Below are positions 51,628-63,533 of a stretch of DNA of 64,000 bases, in pieces. How positions within the stretch are numbered: position 1 is the first letter of the stretch; each line of letters begins with the position of its first letter. This stretch comes from Camelus ferus (taxonomy: Eukaryota), in contig NC_045697.1 of the NCBI RefSeq assembly GCF_009834535.1, positions 106,642,001 to 106,706,000 on the forward strand, read 5' to 3'. The translations under genes and the position numbers were made by a program. Under the pieces are notes generated by a model. The model was not told the origin of the DNA. It saw only the letters and a list, made by a program, of their open reading frames with translations, and did no database searches.

Positions 51628-52651
51628 CAGAATATTTGAAATCTGATTGTATCAAGCGTAGATTAACCATTTGGGTTGTAATGTCCCTTTGGGTAGTAGG
51701 GATTTATTTTTAGTTGCAGTAGCATTGTCTAGAGGAAACAAAAATCCCCTTGACTCTTGTCACTCTTTAAGACCCTACTGTTCTTTTGATCACACTGATT
51801 TATGAAAACACTTGTCTGGTTTACAAGAGTAATTTCTGATTTTGTAGACAAGAAATGGGTTCAGTCATCTGAGACAAGTTTACTCATAACCTTTAGGGAA
51901 GATTCCCTAAGGGTATGAATATTGCTTCTGTCTTTAATGCTGGAATATGCCTTTAGGGAAGGAACTTCCTTGTTTAAAGACCCTTCAATTTTTTAGCAGC
52001 TGTGGACTCTGGGGTTTTGTAATTAAATGAGAATGGTCATTGAGCTGTGAGTGTTTATTTCTGTGGTTTCTTCTGATCTTTGTCTGCCTTTGGGTGCATT
52101 AGCTCTATTTCTAGTTCTGTAGGTCTGGCAGCTGTTAGAAATATCACGGGTGTTTGCTGAAATTAAGTGATAGTTTTATGTACAATCACTGCTGATTGGA
52201 TTGCCCAGAGTTGAGGTTTGTTTTTTGTTTTTAATTTGTCTTCCCACATAAAGTTGGTTAGGTTGGGGAATTTGCTCCAATTGCTAACAATTGCTTTAAA
52301 GTGTGCAGCATGTTAGCCACAGTTGTTGCCATAAGCAGCTGTATTAGCTTGAACACATGGTAAACGTTTTATGGTTGGAATAGTAAATGTTGCTTGGAGG
52401 GGAGAATTTGTTTCAGAGAGCTTAAATTGACCTGTTAAAAAAAAATGTAATGGAAACCTTGAACCTTGAGATGATATATTCCTGAGTCTCCTGTTTGGAA
52501 TTGCCAGAGGGCCACCTGGAACCCTTGGGTTTTATTTACAGTGTTCTGTGCATTCATTTGCATTGGCTCACTCAAGTCCAAGTCTGAATTCTACTCACTG
52601 CAGAGTTTAGAAGCTAATACCAACACACTATTTGTTTAAAAATCTCATCAA

Positions 52652-53113
52652 AGTTCCCGAAAGAAAAACGCACAAACTAAGAGTTGTGTGTGCATTTCAG
52701 TTATATTCTGGGACCTTACTGAAAACTGTAGCCCAGGAAACAGCCTCTCAGTAGCTCTGAGACGGCTGCTTCAAAGAGGTAGAGGAAGAAGCCGGTATAG
52801 GTATGATTTTGGCGGGGAATATATGTAGTCAAGTATACATCTCAGTAAGAGGTTACTGCTAGTCACAAGGATCAGATATCTCAGTTAATGATTTTAGTGC
52901 TTTTCTAGGAATGAGAAGATGCAAGAATCTGGGTTCATTAAAATTTTTTTCCCTGAGATATCTTTACCTAAGGGGCCTGTTTTCCCAAAGCAGAGTGCCT
53001 CGTTCCGTTTTTCCTTCTGAATTCCTCTCAAGGTGCAGGGTCAGTCAGTGACTGCAGTGGCTAATGACTTGATCCTTGTGGAACTGGATGGCAGGCAATG
53101 GTCTTTGTTTTAA
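52652..53113 (-). mobile_element. ERV1 solo LTR (MER41-like lineage family)
   Basis: acagcctctcag...ctgcttcaaagaggtag...tttagtgcttttctag; shares blocks with 55490-55958. Confidence 0.7.
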
Positions 53114-54126
53114 AATGGAGAGTATTTCCCTGATGTTTTATCTCTGAAGGGGTGAAGTTCTGATTTCTGCGAAGAGTAAACAATTTCTTTTCTTTGTGTG
53201 ACAAATGACTGCCCAAAATGCAAATGTTAATGCATATTTTATCTGAGTTTGTAATTAGAGCACAGCTCCAAGCAGTGATTAAAAGTCTGCTGCTCTCATA
53301 CAGTTGTTGTGCAGTGCTATGAAGAGGTGGGCTCTCACTGGGCTGATTGCTGGTCCTTTTCTGATGAGGAGACAACCCTCAAAAAGCAGGGCTTCTGGCT
53401 TTTTTCAGATCCCTCTGAATGGCAGGGAGCCTTGCCTCCTTTCCGAGTTTTCCTTGTCCCTGGGATAAACGGTGGGCGTGACACTGACTAATGATGACTA
53501 TGATCATGTAAAACAGCCTCTGATTAAAGGGAGCCTGTGGGCCTGCCTGGGTGCATTATTCTCTGGGGAGACACATCACGACGGTAGGGTGGAGGGAATT
53601 CTCTTTCATATTCAGGAGGTAAATTGCTCTCATCAGAGGACCATCAGTTAGTTAAAGGCAATTTAAAATGAGTTTTTCTCATTTCAAGGAAAAATGCCAA
53701 AAAAAATTAACTGTTTCAACCAGAAGAAGGAGAGAGGAACAAACAGCTCAGAAGCCTCAGGCCTGCAGGCAGCAGCTCCTTGGGCTTTGCAGTGGTTACA
53801 TCCTTGGCTTAGGAAGGGCAGGCTCCTCGTGACCACACAAGTACCTCTGAAAGAGACTCTTCTCATGTATTTAATATTCATGGGTGGTTTCCTATAAAGT
53901 TGCAGGAAAAAATAGTTTGTATCTGCCTTCCGACCTTGCACCAATCTGCTAGTTATCTGTCAGCCAAACGATACTAGTAGACCTCAGTTAAGACCTTACA
54001 GAATTTAACTTTTGAGACCTAAATCTAACAGTTGAGTGGAAAGGCACTGTATCTTGTGGTTTTCCCATCCCCTCCAAAAAAAAAAAAAAAAAAAGTGGAA
54101 GAAACTGTACTCCTGTGCAGGGTTAC

Positions 54127-54583
54127 TGTTGCCGAAAAACTGGCTTCTGAACCCCAATAGCCAAATTGATACTTGGAGGCAGAGTTAGGGGAGAATTAAA
54201 AAAGAACAGCTTTATTGCCTTGCCAGGGAAGAGAAGCCACAGCAGGCTGATGCCTCAGAGACCGTGAGCCCGTCTTGGGGTAAGAGTCCTGGGGTTTTGT
54301 GGAAAAATGGGAACATAAGGGTGATAACAATCAGGGTGTGGGCAGGATCTACATTCCTTTCATCCTGATAAGAACTTGCTGCTGTTACGGAGGAATTAAA
54401 GAGGGCCTGCCCATTTTCTTGAGGTTCAGTCCATGACCTTGTTTCAAGACCTCTAGGGTGAAAGGGTAAGTTACTCTAAGAAAAGAGTACACAAGGAAGG
54501 GAGCACGTTAGCCATAAGATCAGTTTAGCTAGAAGCCCAGGCCTGAACAGTTCACCAGCTGTCTTGTTAGTTTTCCACTTTCA
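54127..54583 (-). mobile_element. ERV solo LTR
   Basis: tgttgccgaa...gctttattgccttgccaggg...acagcaggctgatgcctc...tttca; related to 56090-56674. Confidence 0.7.
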
Positions 54584-55317
54584 CTGCCGTTAGCTTATTC
54601 ATCAGTTAGGACAGGAATTGGGATCTCTCCTCTGTGTGTATGGCAGCTGCTGCAATCCTAACCCTGTAACAGCCATCCATTAATACTCGTAGGTTAATAA
54701 CTTTGCAAGAAGTTGGCAGTGACACCTAACACAGTATGTGCTCTTCTTCATGGAATCAGTCAGTGCTCTTGAAATGGCTAATCCACATTTCTCATTGATC
54801 AACTCTAGATTTCAGCTTGTTCTGATTGTTGAGCTGATGGACTGTCAAGTTGAGCTATCTCTGTTTCCCCAAGGTGATGTTGCTTTTGAAGCTCAAAGAT
54901 AGATGATCACATGGAGATGGGATGTTTTATTCATGTGACGAGCAGGAAGGTCCCATGAGCATCTCATGGCTCAGGAAGAGCCTGTGCTGCTATCACTTCC
55001 TATAGGAGGCAAGAGGATCCACCTGGGATAGCCACTGTGTTTGCATTGGCCAGAGTTCACACATCTTTGTTCTTGGCTTCTTGGCTTAGCAGGCAAAGAC
55101 TCCTGGCCCCTGTGTGCCCTCTTACCCAGGCCCCTTCCCCAGCTGCTCTGGATGAAGACAGTGCTCATTCATACCCAGAGGGGCCAACTGTTTGCAGAAA
55201 CCTCTCATCTGACACAAGTAGGACCTTTCATTCTGGAAAATTACTAAAATATTTTCAACAGAAAAACTGATTTCTAAAGATCCTTATGCAAGACTGAACT
55301 GAGAAACAATACTGGTA

Positions 55318-55424
55318 GAGGTGTCAGATTCAGAAAGAAAGCAAAGTGTATGGGACATACTTACACTAAAAAAATGATTCGTTGCTTATCTGAGATTTAG
55401 TGTCTGAATTTTATCTGGCAACCA
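55318..55424. mobile_element. MER53-like hAT fragment
   Basis: tatgggacatacttacactaaaaaaatgattcgttgcttatctgagattt...ttatctggcaacc. Confidence 0.65.
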
Positions 55425-55489
55425 TAGAAGCAGATAATGTTAAAAGAAAGAGAAAATTATCCCTGCTGATATTTGGAGTGGGGAAGGGG

Positions 55490-55958
55490 TATCAAATGAA
55501 ATAAATGCACAGCCTAAAAGTTGAGAGTTATGTTTTATTTGGCGGGAGGCCTCGAGCTGGGGTGACAGCCTCTCAGATGGCTATGAGGGACTGCTCTGAA
55601 GAGGTAGGGGAGGAGCTAGGATATATAGGAGCTTTACAACAAAGACCAGGTAGTTGGAACATTAAAAGATTACTTGTTAACTAAAGAAAATCTCAAGTTA
55701 AAGAATTTAGCACTTTTCTGTGTATGGGAGGAAACAAACATTTGGGCTCATTGTATTCATTCCTTTGACAAGCACCCAGCTATCTAGGGCCAGTATCCTG
55801 TCCTTTCTTATTCTGAGTCCCCTCAGAGTGCTCCATTGTGAGTGGCTGCAGAGGCCGGGGTGCAGGCTTGTCTTCACTGCGGGGTGGCGGCAGCCGCTGA
55901 TGACTTGATGGTTTCATCATTTGTTTACTGATACAGTTTACAGTATTTTTTATTCACA
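55490..55958 (-). mobile_element. ERV1 solo LTR with 4-bp TSD GGGG
   Basis: gggg|tatcaa...ttcaca|gggg; antisense AATAAA (ttttatt) and TATA (tatata) in LTR order. Confidence 0.85.
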
Positions 55959-56089
55959 GGGGAAAATGACTACTGCAACTGGGAGAAAAGTCAACCTCAG
56001 TCTAGTTTACAAGAAACTAGAATTTTTCAGCATTAGGCTAGAAACAGTGTGAAGAGGGAAATGGATAGAAAATATACAGACAGTAGGAG

Positions 56090-56674
56090 TGTTGCTAAAA
56101 GATTGGCCCCCATCCCTGATGAGCCAAATAACCCAGAGACAAGGTCTTGGAGCGAGAAGAAAAGAGGCAATTTTATTGCTTTGCTGGGCAAAGGTGACTC
56201 ACAGCAGGCTAGTGCCTTCAAAACTGTGAGCCCACCTTGGGGATGGGGTGGGTGGTTATCTAGCCATAGCTCAAACAGTGAAGCATCGATAATAAGCAAT
56301 AGAATCATCTCTCATCAGAAAACTTAGAATGGTGACTTGATGCCTCCAGGCGACCGATTCTGTAGAGGCCAGCGGTTAGATCTCTTTATCTCATAAGCAC
56401 TCAAGGTGTGGTCTCCTTGGTAATTCAGGCTATTTTGTAAGGTTACAGTCCTGTGAACTTCTCCTTGGAGAAGGACCCAGAGACCAAGCTTGATTATTAC
56501 TTTCAATGACTGGAATAAAGTAGAAACAGTAAAATCAAGAGCTTTAGTTTTAACAATGGGCCTGGAACTGTGAGTAGCAACTGGTCCGTCAGGTCAGTTG
56601 ACCGTTTTAAGGGCAAGCAGAAGAATAAGCAATCTGTTAGCCTAAGTGTGACCGGTTTTATCAGTCCTCCTCCA
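56090..56674 (-). mobile_element. ERV solo LTR with 4-bp TSD GGAG
   Basis: ggag|tgttgc...tcca|ggag; ttttattgc antisense polyA signal. Confidence 0.8.
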
Positions 56675-58240
56675 GGAGTAGCATGGGTCACGGAAGGTGA
56701 GGGTGTTCCCTGTGATGGGGAAATGAAAAATAGTATATTACAGTGGAAAGGTTCTTTATAGATTATTTGGTCTTATATCTTCCTTTCCTCTAGAAGGAAA
56801 TTAGAACTGAAATATTAAGGGGCTAAGTTACCTGACTACATTTTCATCATCATTTAGAGACAGAACCAAGGACAGAACTTTGATCTCTGACCCTTCCTTT
56901 GTGAAAATCTGTATGTCACGACTTCGACACACTTTAAGTTTAGAGTCAATCCATGTAAAATCAAGTACTCTTGATAATGGAGACATCTAAAGAGAGCTTT
57001 CTTGTGTAAAAGTGATTGTTACAGAAATCGGAGCAGCAATGCTCAGTTTCAGTAACTGCACTCTCCCTCCTGCAGAGACCAGATTCACAGTGTCCTCACC
57101 ATGTATTCCTGACTTATTTGGATTCCTAAGGGTAGTATCCCAGGTTTAAATTAAATTTAACTCCCAGTTTGGATTAAATTAACTCAGTGATAACTTCTAG
57201 ATGTATGACTAGAAGTCTATCTTGTCTGAATCTCTCTTAAGGAATTTACAGTCTTGTTGATACAAGACATACCCACATGAAATAAAGATCATTGTAAAAT
57301 TAGTCAAACATTAATTTTAGTTGAGTTAAATTAACTGAAATTCAGTATGTTTGATGTAGGAAGAAACTTATCAAGCCTAAGGAAGGAGGTAACAGTATTA
57401 ACTGAAGTGAATCTTCCTAAAGAGTAGGAGTTGAACTTACCCTTGAAATAGCAGAAGAGTGTGCAGATTAGGGGTGGGGTGCAGACGTAGGCAGAGCATG
57501 AACAAGATACAGAAATAAAAATGATCATGGAATGTTCTAGAAATGTAAGCATTGGCTATAGCATAAAAAGTCATACTTCCACAACCTCCATTGCCCTGTA
57601 CCTTTTTGCCCCTAGTTCTTTTACAGTCACAACTGAACCACTCTGGCTAGTCTGGTCTATTCATTCCACCTCCTCTCGAAGGAAGCCCTTCCGAGTCCTC
57701 CAGGCCACTCCCTCATCTGGCTGGATGGAAGATAAATCAGCACGTGAACCCTCTCGTGACGTGTCTAGAACATGGCTCAAAATTGTGGAGATACGTGGGA
57801 GAAGTGAAATAATTTATTTCCTGCTTACAGAGATTGTCATTCAGTTTGGGGGGTTTTTTGTTTGTTTGTTTTTTGTTTTTGCATTTTAAACCTTGTTTTA
57901 CTTTCAGCTAGAAATATCAAACCATTTCAAAAGCAATTGCCGTAAAGAATAAAATAATATCTTATGACAAGCTAGCAGGTTCAGGCAAAATCCTAGAATT
58001 TGTATTACAGGGTGAAGAATAAATAACCTAATTCCCCTTATTAAGATTTTTGTTCAGAATGAATATATTGAAATTATACAGAAACTCTCCCCAATGACTG
58101 AAGACGTAAAATCCCCAGGAAATGAATCATTTGATTTTCAAGATTTTAACAAAAATATCCTAAATTTTTGTGACCTAACACTAGCCATTACTGAATTTAA
58201 TTATTTTTACCTGCAATGTTTGTCTCTAAAATTCATTTTA

Positions 58241-58489
58241 TTTTAATTTTTTATTTTTTAACATTTTTTATTGATTTATAATCATTTTACAATGTTGTGT
58301 CAAATTCCAGTGTTCAGCACAATTTTTCAGTCATTCATCGACATATACACACTCATTGTCACATTTTTTTCTCTGTGAGTTATCATAACGTTTTGTGTAT
58401 ATTTCCCTGTGCTATACAGTGTAATCTTGTTTATCTATTCTACAATTTTGAAATCCCAGTCTATCCCTTCCCACCCTCCACCCGCCTGG
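58241..58489 (-). mobile_element. Young L1 3' end with 14-bp TSD
   Basis: Closely similar to 10147-10390; TSD taaaattcatttta at 58227-58240 and 58490-58503. Confidence 0.9.
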
Positions 58490-58677
58490 TAAAATTCATT
58501 TTAAATAACCTGTCAAAACAAAGTAACACTTGTGTCATCCACTATATAATTTCACTAGGAATTCTTTTCATAAATTATTGCTGGGTTTGCATGTTCCCCT
58601 CTCACAGAACTTCTGATACCTAAACTTCTGAATTTTCTCTGAAGGCCACATTCTCTGAAAACAAATTACATGTTTAA

Positions 58678-58788
58678 GTTAGAGATTGTGGTGATGGTTT
58701 CACAGGTGTGTATTTATTTCCAAACTCAGCAACGTGTATATACTAAATATGTTTAACTTTTTGTAATGTCTGTCATATCTCAATAATT
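58678..58788 (+). mobile_element. Old L1M 3' terminus
   Basis: gattgtggtgatggtttcacaggtgtg...aaactcagcaacgtgtata...atctcaataa. Confidence 0.65.
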
Positions 58789-58859
58789 ATTTTACTTTTT
58801 ATTTATTTTTTACTTATTTTGTTTAAAAATTCATTTATGTATTTCTTTTACAATATCAT

Positions 58860-59850
58860 ATTTTTTAAATTGAGGTATAGTTGATGTACAATATTATATG
58901 TTATAGTTATGCAATATAGTAATCACAATTTTTAAAAGTTATACTCCATTTATAGTTATTATAGAATATTAGCTCTGTTCCCCATGTCGTACAGCACATC
59001 CTTGTAGCTTATTTTACACCTGATACTCTGTACCCCTCAATCCTCCACCTCCATCTTGCCCCCCCCTTCCCTCTCCCCACTGGTAACCACTAGTTCCTTC
59101 TCTACATCTGTGAATCTGTTTCTTTTCTGTTATATTCACTAGTTTGTTGTGGTTTTTTTAGATTCCACATGTAATTGATATCTTACAGTATTTGTCTTTC
59201 TCTGTCTGACTTATTTCACTTAGCATAATGCCCTCCAAGTCCATCCATGCTGGACACCAGAAACTAATACAACATTTTAAATCAACTGTACTTCAATTAA
59301 AAAGCAAACAAACGAACAAACAACCCATTTAAAATATGGGCAGAACTGAACATTTTTCCAAAAGAGGAAATGTAGGTGGCCAACAAGAACATGAAAAGTT
59401 GCTCAATATCACTAATATCAGGGAAATGCTATCTCAAAATCACTATGAGATAGCATCTCACACCTGTCAGAATGGCCATCATCAAAAAGAACACAAATAA
59501 CAAATGTTGGCAAGGATGTGGAGAAAAGGGAATCCTTGTACACTGTTGATGGGAATGTAAATTGGTGTAGTCACTATGGAAAACAATATAGAGGTTTCTC
59601 AAAAACCTAAAAATAGAACCACCATATGGCCCAGCAACTCCACTCCTGGGCATATACAGAGAAAAACAAAAACATTAACTCAAAAAGATACATACACCCC
59701 ACTATAAACAGCAACATTATTTATAATTGCCAAGATATGGAAGCATCCAAAGTGCACGTCAATAGATGAATGGATAAAGAAGATGAAGCATATATGTGTA
59801 ATGGAACACAACTCACCCATAAAAAAGAATTATATTTTACCATTTGTGAC
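58860..59850. mobile_element. L1 with internal inversion (minus 3' end 58860-59252; plus ORF2 C-terminal piece 59320-59850)
   Basis: ttgaggtatagttgatgtaca...tctgacttatttcacttagcataatg on minus; cacctgtcagaatggccatcatcaaaaag...ccactcctgggcatata on plus. Confidence 0.85.
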
Positions 59851-59904
59851 CCTTCATTCACTTTTTTTTTCCCACTTCAAAAGCCTGAATTTTATAACTG
59901 GTAT

Positions 59905-60210
59905 AAACATTTCCGTTGTATCAAAAACAACAAAATGCTTAGAAATAAACTTAACCAGGAGGTTACCTGTACTCTGAAAACTGTAAAACATTGATGAAGG
60001 AAATTGAAGGTGATACAAAGAAATGGAAGGATATCTTGTGCTCTTGGATTGGAAGAATCAACATTATCAAATGGCCGTACTACCCAAAGCAATCTACAGA
60101 TCTACTGCAACTCCTGTCAAAATACTTATTACATTTTTCACAGAACTAGAACAAACAATTCCAAAATTTTTATAGAACCATAAAAGACCCTGAATTGCCA
60201 AAGCTGTCTT
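59905..60210 (+). mobile_element. L1 ORF2 fragment (decayed)
   Basis: ctgaaaactgtaaaacattgatgaaggaaattgaag...ctacccaaagcaatctacaga...cacagaactagaa. Confidence 0.85.
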
Positions 60211-60690
60211 TTGTAGGTCTTTTTTTTTTTCCCCCTCTTTCTTCTTTTTGTTCTCTTCTTATGGTTTGATGACTAGAGAAGGTTCTTTAACATTTGTTGT
60301 AAAGCTGGTTTGGTGGTGCTGAATTCTTTTAGCTTTTGTTTATCTGTGAAGCTTTTGATTTCTCCATCAAATCTGAATGAGAACCTTGCTGGATAGAGTA
60401 TTCTTGGCTGTAAGTTTTCCCTCTTGTCACTTTAAATATATTGTGCGACTCCCTTCTGGCCTGTAGAGTTTCTGCTGAAAAACCAGCTGATAACCTTATG
60501 GGAATTCCCCTGGATGTTACTTGTTGCTTTTCTCTTGCTGATTTTAATATTTTCTCCTTATCCTTAATTTTTGTCAATTTGATGACTGTGTGCCTTGGTG
60601 TGTTCTTCTTTGGGTTGATCCTGTGTGGAACTCTCTGCTTCCTGGACTTGGATGATTGTTTCCTTTCCCAAATTGAGGAATTTTTTGGTT
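60211..60690 (-). mobile_element. L1 ORF1 fragment (decayed)
   Basis: ORF 60329-60577(-) KIKDKEKILKSAREKQQVTSRGIPIRLSAGFSAETLQARRE is L1 ORF1p; frameshifted afterwards. Confidence 0.9.
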
Positions 60691-62379
60691 ATGTCACTCA
60701 TTTTTACTTTTAGTAGTAGTTCCTCCAGTACCAGGCATGGTGCTTTGTATGCAAGAGGTGTTCAATAACATAATCTGCTCCAAGTTGTTTGCTGTTCTGC
60801 ATGCTTGAAGACCTGGCTTGACCTAACAGATAGTAGGCAGGAAATATACGTGTTCTTTAATGAAAGGGACCTTCCTTGTCTTAGTAATCGTTTTTTTTTT
60901 TTTTTTTAAATTCCCTTTGTGCCTCATGCAGTGCCAGGACCAAAGAGCGAATTTTAGTGAATTGTGTGTGGACACGTGCATGTGTGTGACAGGAAGGAAC
61001 CTATAGATCATGTCCCCTAACCCCCTAGCTTTATGAGTGAGAGAACTGAGAACCAGAATGACTAATAATGTTCTTAACGTTATTGAACAAATTTTAAGTG
61101 TTACAATCCATGTCTCCTCACTCTAGCAAGTACTGCTGTTTTTTTGTTTGTTTTTTTTGTTGTTGTTGTTGTTTTAAGGATACTTTGTTCTTTCTCATCT
61201 TTACCTGGCAGTCCAAGAAAAATTAGCTGGATTCAAGGTGTTCAGTTGTCCATCTCTCAGTGGCAGGCCTCTCCCTTTTTCCTGTTACTGGAGTAAAGCA
61301 GAAAGAGCCCGCAAGGAGTCAGAGGACCTGGCTCCTTTCTAATCCTGCCACTGCGTTTGTGCCTTAGAGGATTCACTTACCCTCTCTAAACTTCTGTTTC
61401 CAGACCGGTAAAGTGGGGTGGGCATGGAGTTTAGCACCACATAGACAAACGCTCGGTCCCTTCTAGCACCATTCAGTAACTGAGTGATATACTTGGGAAT
61501 TATATTGGCTTTTTGAGGGTTTAAGAATGTTCTCCTCTTCTCTTCTTTCCCTCTTTTAAAGTGTTTCCGCAGCGTTTGCCAAAAGTAGAAGCGCATAAGC
61601 CTGTGTGGGAGTGAGGTGGGGGAGGGAGGGCTAGGGAGATGGATCTGGGCTGCATTGCGTGACAGGTTTCTGCTCTCCTGCCCTTCATTCTCCAGGGGGC
61701 ACAGGATGCAGCCAGCTCAGCAGGATGGCCGTGGCCTTTAGAACATTAGGAATCTTTCTGGTGCTGGGTGCTCTATCTTTGGTTCTTATGTGGTCGGTTT
61801 GTTTGGTTGGTATCTATGTCCCTGAAGCATAATAACATGCAGAGTAAAAAGACCGGCTCTTCCAGGTGTCACCAGTGATGGAACAAAGGTTCCTGAGGCA
61901 TTGTATGAGGAAACCACAGCAGCTCCCCTTGGGAAGGGAAAGGAGTGTGCCCCTTTCACCTCTTTTAAGTGCGGAGCCTCCCCGGAAGGATGTATTTTCT
62001 AGAAGGAAAAGCCTGCGCTTTTGGCAGGAGAACTGAAATAGAGAAATTGAGGTTGACCTATTTCCTTAGCACTGCAAGCCTTGCATTGTCCTCCCAGGCA
62101 GTATGAAAATCCTTGAACTGGGAAACCGACAGCTGCAATCAGACACTTGCATTGAGGGAACAATCATGAATTTTAATAGGAGAGCTGCTGCTGGGAGAGG
62201 TTGGGAGAGGAGGGGAGCCAAGCCAATTCAAACAAAAGGAGCGGAAGGGGGGGTCACTCCACATACAGCTCACGGCAGTGATGAGAGTAATATTCAAATT
62301 ACTTATCCCACAGCGATGTTGATGACTTAAGAGGGAAGGATTGCCGAACTGTTGTGAAGTGGAGGGGGTTCTGAATCTT

Positions 62380-62900
62380 CCGTGATTACAAATCCCACTG
62401 CACTGAAGGCAAAGAAGGCGGGCAATGCAAAACGTGACTTGTTAGCAGGAGCAGTCCCCAGACACCGCGCTCCAGCAGGGCCCAGGAAGAGAGCCCCGAG
62501 GACCGCGGTCACTGCCACGCAGATTCAAGTGCTTCCCCCTCGGGGACTGGCGGGGACAGGCTGCACAGGCGGCGGGGACACACGTGCACAGCCCCAGAGC
62601 CGGTTTCAGGACGTCCTGCCCAGCGGCCCTCTGTGCTGTGCTGGAACTTCCCTTCTGAGCCCCCGCCAGCATCCTGTTTGTCCTGGGGCGGAAGTGTTGG
62701 AATCTGTTCCCATTGTCAGATCTCTTTGTGAAGCGGTTGCTTCTTGCTGTTAACATTCCCAAGGTGGCCTCCTCAGGAGTCAGGATGTAGAGAACATGAT
62801 CAGAGGAGCGTTTCTCTCTTTAGAGCAAGGTTCTGTCCGCGCCTGCGCCGCCACACCCAGACCGAAGCTCTGCACCGCTTCCGGGGATGAGCGCATCCCA
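62380..62900. promoter_or_regulatory. GC/CpG-enriched intronic segment (candidate regulatory element)
   Basis: Visibly more CpG than the AT-rich flanks (gaccgcgg, ggcggcgggg, ccgcgcctgcgccgcc); function not shown. Confidence 0.35.
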
Positions 62901-63324
62901 CCCATCCCACACCCCCAGGCACTTTGTCTTTATTTGTTTACATGGCTCTGTCACTTTAGAAGGGGGGCCTGAGTCTTTATCAAATCAGGAACATAATCAT
63001 TTCAAAACCCCATTTTTCTGAATCAATCTTGATTTTTTTTTTCCTAAGCAAAGATGCCACTTTAAAAAAGTACATTACAAGCTTTGTTCACCAGGCTCCT
63101 CTGTTGGTGAGATTATTTAGCCTGGGGATAACTGACCAGAGACAGTTATCTGAGAGAGTGCTGGCTGCCTTCCGAGAGCTACAGGAGAGGTACTGAAGAA
63201 CGCCCTCCCACTCAGGCATGGAAGCAGCAACTGCCCTTTTCTGAATGGGTATTAAAGAATGAACTAATTTCTTGGCTTGTGAGCAGGTTCTTCTCCTGTC
63301 GTAGAAAGGGGAGGTGGTGAGTCA

Positions 63325-63533
63325 TGTCATCGCACGGTATCCACGGGGGAACTGGTTCCCTGACCCATCATGAATACCGAAAGCCGCGGATGCTGAAGTC
63401 CCATAGCTGGTCCTCTGCATCCGTGGATTCAGCCAACCAGCGGGTCTGAAGTAGTTCTGTAGTTTTTATTGAAAAAAGTCCAAGTATAAGTGGACTTGCG
63501 CAGTTCACACCCCTGTCCTTCGGGGTCAGCTGT
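63325..63533. mobile_element. MER8-like TcMar-Tigger element
   Basis: cggtatccacggggga...ccgcggatgctgaagtccc...tgaaaaaagtccaagtataagtggacttgcgcagttca...ggtcagctg. Confidence 0.8.

Noticed and set aside
57139..57186. Imperfect ~24-bp duplication (cccag...ttaaatt...aactc)
   Set aside because: Degenerate AT-rich local duplication with no further support.
60329..60577. Functional protein-coding ORF
   Set aside because: Frameshifted L1 ORF1 fragment.
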